Shown in pieces: positions 8,874 through 16,900 of a DNA stretch of 64,000 nt (positions within the stretch are counted from its first letter, which is position 1; every line of letters begins with the position of its first letter). Made by a program: the position numbers and the translations under genes. The notes below the pieces were generated by a model, which made no database searches, was not told where the DNA came from, and worked only from the letters and a program-made list of their open reading frames with translations. This DNA is from Candidatus Peregrinibacteria bacterium CG_4_10_14_0_2_um_filter_38_24 (GTDB lineage Bacteria > Patescibacteriota > Gracilibacteria > UBA1369 > LOWO2-01-FULL-3): positions 2,551-66,550 of the forward strand of contig PFOM01000004.1 in assembly GCA_002792535.1 (NCBI GenBank), given 5' to 3'.

Positions 8874-10364
8874 CTATCTTAATTCTTCTAAATTCAACAA
8901 TTCATTTAAAGTTATTTGTTCTACGAATTCCGGCATATGGGAAACTAGAATTATTGCACCTTCGTAGTCGTCGATTGCTTTTGCAATGATTGGTAAGTGG
9001 CGAAAATTGATGTGATTTGTTGGCTCATCTAAAATCAGTAAACCAGGTTTTTGCAAAACGAAACGAGCATAGCAGAGTAGGCCTTTTTGTCCTTCTGAAA
9101 GTGATCCTATTTTGTTTTTCATTAATTCTGAAGTGAGTAAAAAGTGTGCGCCTGTTGCGTAAATTTTTTCGTTTGATGGATCGTCTGCGATTTCCATTAG
9201 TGAATCGTAAACTGTTTTTTCAAAATCTAAACCTGCAAAATCTTGCTGATAGTAGCCAACTTTTACTTCTTCAGTTATTTTAGTGCCTGCTGATTTTCCT
9301 TCCGCTAATTCTCTAAGCAGTGTACTTTTTCCGATACCGTTTGGTCCGACAATTCGAAGTTTACTGCGATTGAAAAGTTTCATCTCTACTTTTTTTGGAA
9401 TTTTTTTGTTGTTTTTTATTACTCCGACTGAAGAAATTCTTACTATAACATCAGACCATTTTTGTGAGGGAATTATGAAGTTTCTGATTGTTTTATCGTC
9501 GCGTTTTACGTCGACCATATTCTCTTCGTCTTCAGCTACTTCATCTCGTAGTTTGCTCGCCAGTTTGCGCATTTTTCCTCCTTTGTGTGAGAAGAAATTT
9601 ACCTTATCTTTTCTATCTTGAATGTTTTTTTCCAGTTGTGCATTTTTTCTTTGTTCGCGTTCAATTTGGCCTGCGATCTGTTCTATTACGTCAAAATAAT
9701 CCCCGACATATTGTTCAACTTTTTTTGTGTAAACATCCAAATTTAAAACTCCGTCCGTGAAACAATTTAAGAAACCTGCATCATGCGAAATTACGATAAC
9801 TGTCTTTTCATATCCAATCAAAAATCCTGTGAGGTGATTTATGCCTTCTGTATCAAGATTATTAGTTGGCTCGTCGAGAAGTAAAATGTCCGGTTTTTGG
9901 ATAATTGCGTATGCGAGTAAAAGTCTTGCGAGTTGTCCTCCCGAAAAATCTTTGATTTTTTTATCAAGTGGTGTTGAAAATTGGACTACTTCTAAAACAT
10001 CTTTTATTAATTTTTCGATATTGTATGTTTTTTCTGAGAATGCTGTTTCGAAATATTCCAAAACAGTGTGTTCGAAAAATCTTTTTGGCATTACTTGAAG
10101 TCCGATACCGACAGAGGCTTTATTTAGTATGTGTACTTTTCCTGATACTGGTTTAAGAGTCATGTCGGCCGTGATGTCTTCTTTTACTCCTGCGGCGCCT
10201 AAAATGAGTTTAAAAATTGTGCTTTTCCCCGCACCATTTTGCCCCATGATTGTAATTTTTGCATTTTCACGGACAGAAAAACTTGCCTCATTTAGTATGG
10301 GTTTATTTTGGTCGTAGTGAAAACATACGTTATCAAATCTTAATACAACATTTCCTTGATTCAT
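8874..10364 (-). CDS. ABC-F family ATP-binding protein
   Basis: Two NBDs (GQNGAGKST, SGGQ, LLLDEPTN; GPNGIGKST, LSEGQK, ILDEPTNH) and no TM segments. Confidence 0.93.
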   Translation of the reverse strand: MNQGNVVLRFDNVCFHYDQNKPILNEASFSVRENAKITIMGQNGAGKSTIFKLILGAAGVKEDITADMTLKPVSGKVHILNKASVGIGLQVMPKRFFEHTVLEYFETAFSEKTYNIEKLIKDVLEVVQFSTPLDKKIKDFSGGQLARLLLAYAIIQKPDILLLDEPTNNLDTEGINHLTGFLIGYEKTVIVISHDAGFLNCFTDGVLNLDVYTKKVEQYVGDYFDVIEQIAGQIEREQRKNAQLEKNIQDRKDKVNFFSHKGGKMRKLASKLRDEVAEDEENMVDVKRDDKTIRNFIIPSQKWSDVIVRISSVGVIKNNKKIPKKVEMKLFNRSKLRIVGPNGIGKSTLLRELAEGKSAGTKITEEVKVGYYQQDFAGLDFEKTVYDSLMEIADDPSNEKIYATGAHFLLTSELMKNKIGSLSEGQKGLLCYARFVLQKPGLLILDEPTNHINFRHLPIIAKAIDDYEGAIILVSHMPEFVEQITLNELLNLEELR

Positions 10365-10427
10365 TTTTTTTGCAACTTTAAATATTTAGTGCTTAAACTA
10401 GAGGTTTTTTGGAGAAAATACAAGGGT

Positions 10428-10844
10428 TTAATATGTCACGTCTACGTGTCCTTCGTTTGTGTTGCCGAGGTAGAAATGGAAATTCATAGTCAATCCTATT
10501 TTTGTGGCTGTGAAATCTCCGTTATCGTTTTTGTCGAGATTGTAGCCAATATTCTTCAATGCAGTTTCTATTTTTGCGATGTCATTTTTAGTTACGAGTC
10601 TGCTAAATCGATATGAAACCCATCCACTAATATCGTTGTCCCATAATTTTACATCTTTAAATACGTCTTTCAGTATAGGCATTATTTCATCGTCGACTAT
10701 TTTCCCTTTTGTTGTTGTGGCTTCTATAGATATTGTTTCGTCGTACTCCATTTGGGCTCGTGTTTTTGTGGTTGGTGTTGTGCCATTTGTTGTTGTGAAA
10801 CCGCTTGGTATCTGTTCACTACAGATCTGGGCTTTGTATGTCAT
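10428..10844 (-). pseudogene. Hypothetical protein, probably the 3' remnant of a longer gene
   Basis: Its 5' end overlaps an msrB fragment; no recognisable N-terminus. Confidence 0.45.
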
Positions 10845-10941
10845 TGTTTCTAAAGTTGTTGTATTCGCTTGAGAATGGGGCTTCTGTGCCTTTTCTTATG
10901 ATTATATTTTCTTCCTTTGGTGTGAGTTTATTCAATTCCAT
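10819..10941 (-). pseudogene. msrB: N-terminal fragment of methionine-R-sulfoxide reductase
   Basis: MELNKLTPKEENIIIRKGTEAPFSSEYNN resembles the MsrB N-terminus (LTPEE..I..KGTE.PFSG.Y), then stops after 40 aa. Confidence 0.75.
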
Positions 10942-11596
10942 GTTTTTTTCTTTTTAATGAAAAGTCTTTTGATACGGCTTTGCCGATAGTTGTTCCTATG
11001 AGTGCTCCTGCAAAAAAATCTGAAAACCAATGAATGTTTGTTGAGACTCCGATGCCAATGTAGAAGGCGTAAAGCATGGCTAGGTATTTAATTCTATTTT
11101 TTGGATATAGTTTCCAGATTGTGACTCCGAAGGCAAATGCGGCTGCTGTGTGGCCTGATGGCCAGCCTTGGAAGACTCCTCCTCTCATAAATCCAAAATT
11201 GAAAAGATGGCTTATGTCTGTGCGTAGACTTGCGTCTGTCATGTGAGGTGGATGAGCTCTGCCTGTTAAAGCTTTGTAAATCGTTATGATTATTATCGAG
11301 ATTAAAATGGCTTGGATTAGGGCAAATGTTGTGTTTAGCAGTTTTTTATTTTTTGTGATGATTGCTGTTAATAGAAGGATTATTAGTATTGAAAATGTTC
11401 CTATGCTTCCGATTATCACTGTTGAAAATGTGAATAATTGCAATTCTGGCGATTGTGTCGCGTTGAAGTAGAACCAGTCAAATCCTGATTGTACTGCGAT
11501 ATATGTTATGATCGCGCCTACGACGTGGTAGAAAAAATTATAGCCGGTGAAGCATCTTATTATTCTGACAAAAAAATCACGGATTGAGGAATGCAT
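10928..11596 (-). CDS. PAP2 family phosphatase
   Basis: KALTGRAHP, WPSGHT, HWFSDFFAG with TM helices. Confidence 0.9.
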   Translation of the reverse strand: MHSSIRDFFVRIIRCFTGYNFFYHVVGAIITYIAVQSGFDWFYFNATQSPELQLFTFSTVIIGSIGTFSILIILLLTAIITKNKKLLNTTFALIQAILISIIIITIYKALTGRAHPPHMTDASLRTDISHLFNFGFMRGGVFQGWPSGHTAAAFAFGVTIWKLYPKNRIKYLAMLYAFYIGIGVSTNIHWFSDFFAGALIGTTIGKAVSKDFSLKRKKHGIE

Positions 11597-12065
11597 TTTT
11601 ATTTTTGAATGTTATTGTGAAAATTCCGATTAATATTAATACAAATCCGATGATTTGGAAAATGGTTGGGATTTCTTTTAATAGAATTATTGAAAAAATT
11701 ATACTCAAAATTGGACTTGCTCCAAGGCTTATTGAGGTTGCTTTTGTGACATCGATGCGTTTTATTCCTTCGTACCACATTAATTTCGAGAAGTGATAAA
11801 TTATGATTCCGGATAACAGAATTAGTGGTAAATTTGTTTTTATTGATTGAATTGGTCCTGTGTTTTTTTCGAATAAAAGGCTTATTGCAATCAAAATCAG
11901 GCCTCCAAAAATATTTCGTATGAAAAGGATTATTGATGCTCCTGCAAATAAAATTGGCGGCATTATTTTTGTTGTGTGTGCGATGACGACCGGAAATATC
12001 GAATAAGTGAGTGTCTCTCCGACTATCATGAGTTCGCCGATACGTTCTTGGCTGAGGTTTTTCAT
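11577..12065 (-). CDS. EamA/DMT transporter, single repeat (probable in-frame internal deletion)
   Basis: DMT motifs (YSIFPVV, WYEGIKRI, SPILSIIFSIILLKE); 162 aa, about half a two-repeat EamA. Confidence 0.7.
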   Translation of the reverse strand: MKNLSQERIGELMIVGETLTYSIFPVVIAHTTKIMPPILFAGASIILFIRNIFGGLILIAISLLFEKNTGPIQSIKTNLPLILLSGIIIYHFSKLMWYEGIKRIDVTKATSISLGASPILSIIFSIILLKEIPTIFQIIGFVLILIGIFTITFKNKNAFLNP

Positions 12066-12069
12066 GGTT

Positions 12070-13335
12070 TTATAAATTGTAAACAGGGGGTACTTCTTTG
12101 ATGAAGTTTTGGGCGAATGTGTATGTGTATGCGCCTTGGAATGGCATTACGATGATGTCTCCTTCTTTTGGTGTGTTCTTTGTGTAAAGGTAATATCCCC
12201 AAATGTCGTCTGGTGTGCAGAGTGAGCCATAAGTTACGAATGGAATTTCATTTTTTTGATCGAATTGTGAAAGGTTGAATAGGGGAACATAGTGAAAAAA
12301 TTGATATCTTTCCCATCCGATCATGTTGTTGCTGCCGTCTGTTATGCCAAGTCTTGGATTTTTGATGTCGATGATTTTGAAAATCATGTGCATTGCGCTG
12401 TGACAAATATATCGACCAGGTTCGGCATAAAGTGAAATATTTGGAAGAAGTGGAAGAATTTCTTTTTTATAAATCTTAACAATTTCTTCCGCGAATTTTT
12501 CTATTGGATCGACTTTTATTGGGATGTATCTTTTGTTTGGTTTTGTTTCAAGGATGTCTTTTTCGTCTGGTGTGTCCATACTGTTTTCGTCTGGATTCCA
12601 TGGGTGGATTCCCTCAAATGGTTGCGGATAAAAGCCTCCTCCCATGTCGATGTATTCAAATTGTTTTCGTTCGTTTTCTGTAAAATTTTCTTTGAGATAT
12701 TCAGCTAGTGTCTTGAATGTTTTTATATATTTTTCTGGAGTCTTGTTGTAGCTAATGTGAAAATGAATTCCGCAAAAATTTATTGATTTATATTTTTTTG
12801 CAGTGTCAAAAAATGTTTTTAAATTTTCTAGTGATGTGCCGAATTTTGTCCATCCAGTTTGCGCTTTTGTATATATTCTTAGGCCACATTGCACTTTTAC
12901 TTTTTTCTTTTCTGCCATTTTCGCTAGTAATATAAGTTCGCGAATACTTTCTAAATTTACTGTGATTTTATTGTGATATTTTAAAATTAATTCGAAATCT
13001 TTTTCTGTTTTTCCAGGGCCTGTGTAAATTATTTTTTTTGCGCCGGCTTTTATCGCGAGTTTGAGTTCGCGCTGACTAGAGACGTCTAAGCCTTCTTTCT
13101 CTTGTACGACAGTCTTTAAAAGTCCTGGATAATAATTACTTTTTGTCGCGAAAAATATGTTTATATTTAGGCCTTCTTTCTTGAATGCGTTTTTGAAAGT
13201 TTGTATGTTTTTACGAGTTTCTTCTTTGTCGTAAATATAAAGTGGAGTCCCGATTTTGTTGGCGATATCTAAAAATCGTGGTCGTAAGGTTTTAACTTTT
13301 TGAAATTTTTGTTTGAAATTTGATGATTTTTCCAA
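12070..13335 (-). CDS. PLP-dependent fold-III decarboxylase (LysA/ornithine decarboxylase family)
   Basis: GTPLYIYD, FATKSN (PLP Lys), TKFG, HFH, DMGGGF, EPGR, GSLCTPDD, GAY. Confidence 0.9.
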   Translation of the reverse strand: MEKSSNFKQKFQKVKTLRPRFLDIANKIGTPLYIYDKEETRKNIQTFKNAFKKEGLNINIFFATKSNYYPGLLKTVVQEKEGLDVSSQRELKLAIKAGAKKIIYTGPGKTEKDFELILKYHNKITVNLESIRELILLAKMAEKKKVKVQCGLRIYTKAQTGWTKFGTSLENLKTFFDTAKKYKSINFCGIHFHISYNKTPEKYIKTFKTLAEYLKENFTENERKQFEYIDMGGGFYPQPFEGIHPWNPDENSMDTPDEKDILETKPNKRYIPIKVDPIEKFAEEIVKIYKKEILPLLPNISLYAEPGRYICHSAMHMIFKIIDIKNPRLGITDGSNNMIGWERYQFFHYVPLFNLSQFDQKNEIPFVTYGSLCTPDDIWGYYLYTKNTPKEGDIIVMPFQGAYTYTFAQNFIKEVPPVYNL

Positions 13336-13372
13336 TTTTTTGTTTCTATTATTTATATGAGTATTATAATGA

Positions 13373-14317
13373 ATGAGCCTTTATATTAAAAGATTATTTG
13401 AATTTATGAATGTAAAATTTGTTGAAGAGAGAGGGGAGTGTAAAAAATTATGGGAAGAATTTTCTCCGCATTTGTCTATCTTTGATGAATGGGATTTTCG
13501 TTTTTCGTTTTTGAATTTTTTCGAGTATAAGCTTCATTTTGTTCTTCTAGAAGATGATAATCAGAATGTTGGTCTTCTCCCTCTTTGGTATATTTCTGAG
13601 CAAAATAAATATTTTTGGTTTGGAGATATTGGTGATGGTTTTAATTGGCAGGAGGAAAATTCTTTTTGGGTTAAGGATAAAAAATATTTAAAATTTTTGA
13701 TGGAGTCTTGTCCTAAATCTACTGTTTTAAATAGTTTGAAAGAAAATGCTTGTGATTTTTTGATTGGTGATGAAAGACTTTCGAGGTCTAATCCTAAGCA
13801 ACTTTTGATTATGGATGAAATTCATTCTGTTGATGATTTTTTGATGACTGTAGATAAAAAACTTCGACAAAATTTGAGAAGGGATAAGAAAAGAGTTGAG
13901 GATTTAAATCCGGAAATTGTGTTTGATCATTTTGAAGATTTTGAGGCTCTTATGAAATTTAATTCTGATAAGTTTTTAGATTCGCCATTTAAGGATAATC
14001 GCATGGTGAAGACCTTTAACCATGTTATCGAAAATGGAAAAAGTGGTGCAAAATATAAAAGTAGAATGATTTCTGTGAAAGTTAACGGTGAAATTGTCGG
14101 AGTTGATTTGAACTTTATTTGTGGGGACATCTATTACACTATGCTTTGTGGCAATGATACGGAGAAATGTCCAGGAATTGGGCATTTTCTTACAATGCTT
14201 GATATGCAGGATGCGCTTTCGATGGGGGTAAAGTTAATAGATTTCGCTGAGAGTGACGAAGGTTCGTATAAAGAAAAATTGTTTAAAACCCTCCCTCAAT
14301 TTGTTATTACTATTTAG
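13373..14317 (+). CDS. GNAT-fold acyltransferase (Acetyltransf_6/FemAB-like)
   Basis: VGLLPL, FLMTVDKKLRQNLRRD, PGIGHFL..D..DA...G...IDF, SYKEKL. Confidence 0.75.
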   Translation: MSLYIKRLFEFMNVKFVEERGECKKLWEEFSPHLSIFDEWDFRFSFLNFFEYKLHFVLLEDDNQNVGLLPLWYISEQNKYFWFGDIGDGFNWQEENSFWVKDKKYLKFLMESCPKSTVLNSLKENACDFLIGDERLSRSNPKQLLIMDEIHSVDDFLMTVDKKLRQNLRRDKKRVEDLNPEIVFDHFEDFEALMKFNSDKFLDSPFKDNRMVKTFNHVIENGKSGAKYKSRMISVKVNGEIVGVDLNFICGDIYYTMLCGNDTEKCPGIGHFLTMLDMQDALSMGVKLIDFAESDEGSYKEKLFKTLPQFVITI

Positions 14318-15608
14318 TGTTCCCAAGTAGTAATTTTTCTATTCCTGATAGGATTTTATTTTTGTCTTTTATCAAAAAAGTTTCGTGTTCTATTTTTACA
14401 ATCGGTTGATGAGTGATTGCCATGCCATAGTCATCTTTTTGGCTTAAAACCTTGTTTTTTTCAAGTTTGTGATCTATGAAAACAACGTTTTTTTTCTCAA
14501 AATCTTTCATCTTGTTCGACAAATATTTCAGAGTTTCATTTTTTATTTCGTACATTCCGACTTTGTGAACTCTTTCAGTCTTTTTTCCGCTCAATTGATT
14601 TTCGAAAAAATCTAAATCCAATGTGCATCCTTCGTAAGTTGTGTTTGGAATAAATGGTTTATTTGCTGAAAGTTTTTTCCTGAAAAGGCCTTTTATGAAT
14701 TCTTCATTAAAGTCATATCCATGTATTAGCTCTTTTCTCTGCGATATTTGGATGCTCGACAGTGAAAGTCTTGGATTACATTCAATAACGAAAACATCAT
14801 TGTCTCTTATGATTACATCGATGCTGGCTGTTCCGTAAAATTTTAATTTCTGTAAAACTTTACCTATTGATGCAAGAGTTTTATTCAGATTTTTTATTCC
14901 TTCTTTTTTGAATTCTGAAGTTTTCATCCATTGAATTCCGAGATATTTGTTTGTATTTTTGCTGTCTAGCATTATTGCTTGTCCTCTTATGCTAGAGAAA
15001 ATCATCTCTTTTTTGCTCAATACCAATGTTACTCCGATTGGAATTCCTTTTATGAATTCACGATATAAAAATGGAAATTTTATTTTTTTATCTTTGAGTA
15101 GTTCTAGTATTCCTTTTTTATTTTTTACTAAAAATGTTCCTTGAGATCCATGACTGTATGGGACTTGAACTACTCCCGGAAATTTTGTGATTTTATCTAT
15201 GTCTTTTTCTTTTTTTGGAATTACGCTATTTGGAGCTGAAATTTTATTTTTTTTCAAAAGTTTGTCGAAAAATATTTTATTTTCGAGTTTTTTTTGAAGG
15301 TTCCAAGTAGGGGATAATAATTTTATTTTATTTTTCTTTGCCCATGAGTCTAAATGGCTTGAGGAAATGCTGTTTAGGTAGTATGCGTTTATCTTTTTTT
15401 CTCTTAATTTTTTTAGGAAATCTGGTCTTTTTATTAATTCATTTTCAGAAAGTGAACTTTCTTTTGAATCTATGTCTATAATTTTATTTTTCGGAAGATT
15501 TGTGACGAAAAAATCTCGTCCCGGATTGTTTTTTAGCGTGATGAAATAATACTTATCTCTGTTTTGAGAGAATAAGATTTCATAGCTTTGGGTCGAAACT
15601 ATATTCAT
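14310..15608 (-). CDS. ATP-grasp domain protein
   Basis: LENKIFFDKLL, FPGVVQVPYSHGSQGTFLV, REFIKG, IDVII, VIECNPRL. Confidence 0.85.
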   Translation of the reverse strand: MNIVSTQSYEILFSQNRDKYYFITLKNNPGRDFFVTNLPKNKIIDIDSKESSLSENELIKRPDFLKKLREKKINAYYLNSISSSHLDSWAKKNKIKLLSPTWNLQKKLENKIFFDKLLKKNKISAPNSVIPKKEKDIDKITKFPGVVQVPYSHGSQGTFLVKNKKGILELLKDKKIKFPFLYREFIKGIPIGVTLVLSKKEMIFSSIRGQAIMLDSKNTNKYLGIQWMKTSEFKKEGIKNLNKTLASIGKVLQKLKFYGTASIDVIIRDNDVFVIECNPRLSLSSIQISQRKELIHGYDFNEEFIKGLFRKKLSANKPFIPNTTYEGCTLDLDFFENQLSGKKTERVHKVGMYEIKNETLKYLSNKMKDFEKKNVVFIDHKLEKNKVLSQKDDYGMAITHQPIVKIEHETFLIKDKNKILSGIEKLLLGNTK

Positions 15609-15610
15609 TT

Positions 15611-16900
15611 TTATTCGATTATGATTTCTATTTTTTTTAAGGCTTCATCGGTGTTTTTTTCTGCTTCTTCTGGGGTTTCTCCGCTTCCGGAAATATATCC
15701 TACGTAGTCAAATTTTTCTGGAGGGAGCGCTACTTTATCTCCAACATCCAACAAAATTTCGATATTGAAATTGTTAGGATCATGCTGTAATTCATCAGGA
15801 ATGTATAGCTTTTTGATAGTTCCTTTGTTTTTTGGGATGATATATTTCAAGACTTTGTGTCCTTTATTTTTAACCTCATAAATCCTTTTTTTTCCTAGAG
15901 CAATCATTATTGATTCGAACATTAAATTGTATCCTGTGAGATTTAGCATGTCGTCGTGAAGATTATCGCCGCCAATACGGCACCCTATTTCTACTATTTT
16001 TGGACCTTGTGATGTGAATATTATCTCAGTGTGTGTTGCTGAATTTTTTATTTTCATTGCTTTAATTGTAAGCTCTATTAATTTTTTAATTTTGGCTTGT
16101 TCTTCATCTGAACAGACATATGGTAGACGTGCGGCCAATTGTACAAAATATGGCGGATCCATTCTTACTTGATCTTCTGTTCCAAGGATGTGAGATTCTC
16201 CATTTTGGACTAGTGCATCTACGCTTATTTCATGTCCATCCATAAACTCTTCGACCAAATAATCTGTAACCATATCTACGTGCCCGTCTACTCCGATTAG
16301 GTCCATTTCCTCTTCATTAAAGGCAAAAACGTCACTGTCGATTGCTTTTTCTTTTAGGAATTTTATAGAGTTTTCGTAATTTTCTTTTAGAGTTTTTATG
16401 TCTTCTTCGTCTTTAATCATGAATGTTCCATAGCTTGCATTTCCTCCGACAGGTTTTGCAACACATGGAGTTTTTATCTCCCTTATGCCATTAATCAATT
16501 CTTCATAATTTTTACAAAGTTTGAATTTTGGGATTGGAACATTCCCTTTTTCAAGACATTTTCGCATGTGATATTTGCTTCTACAGTTGAATGCGACGAT
16601 TGGTTCATTGCCGATACATCCGTATTGTTTTGCCAAAAGTGCGACTAGTGGAGTAAGCCATTCTGAAGTTTTTATTGTTATTGCGTCAAATTTTTCAGGC
16701 TTATTTTTCATGTATTCAAGTGTCTCTTTTGTTTTCCTAAGGTCATATCGGAAATGTTTTTCAAAAACTTCAGGTTTTGGTTCAAAAGATCCATCACTTA
16801 AGAGATATAATTTGTGTCCGAGTTTTTTTGTGTCATAAAAGGCTTGATATACGGCATCTGAGTATTCTGAGCCCGTGACTATCAAAATATTTTTAGCCAT
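15611..16900 (-). CDS. ATP-grasp L-amino-acid-ligase-like protein
   Basis: RSKYHMR, VAKPVGGNASYG, LVEEFMDGHEISVD, HTEI, IVEIGCRIGGD, LAL-type C-terminal domain. ATG 16900 overlaps the upstream stop (TAATG). Confidence 0.88.
   Translation of the reverse strand: MAKNILIVTGSEYSDAVYQAFYDTKKLGHKLYLLSDGSFEPKPEVFEKHFRYDLRKTKETLEYMKNKPEKFDAITIKTSEWLTPLVALLAKQYGCIGNEPIVAFNCRSKYHMRKCLEKGNVPIPKFKLCKNYEELINGIREIKTPCVAKPVGGNASYGTFMIKDEEDIKTLKENYENSIKFLKEKAIDSDVFAFNEEEMDLIGVDGHVDMVTDYLVEEFMDGHEISVDALVQNGESHILGTEDQVRMDPPYFVQLAARLPYVCSDEEQAKIKKLIELTIKAMKIKNSATHTEIIFTSQGPKIVEIGCRIGGDNLHDDMLNLTGYNLMFESIMIALGKKRIYEVKNKGHKVLKYIIPKNKGTIKKLYIPDELQHDPNNFNIEILLDVGDKVALPPEKFDYVGYISGSGETPEEAEKNTDEALKKIEIIIE

Noticed and set aside
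12070-13335. Calling the decarboxylase lysA
   Set aside because: The HIGSQ and CE..D substrate motifs differ (HISYN, CTPDD), and the context suggests another substrate.
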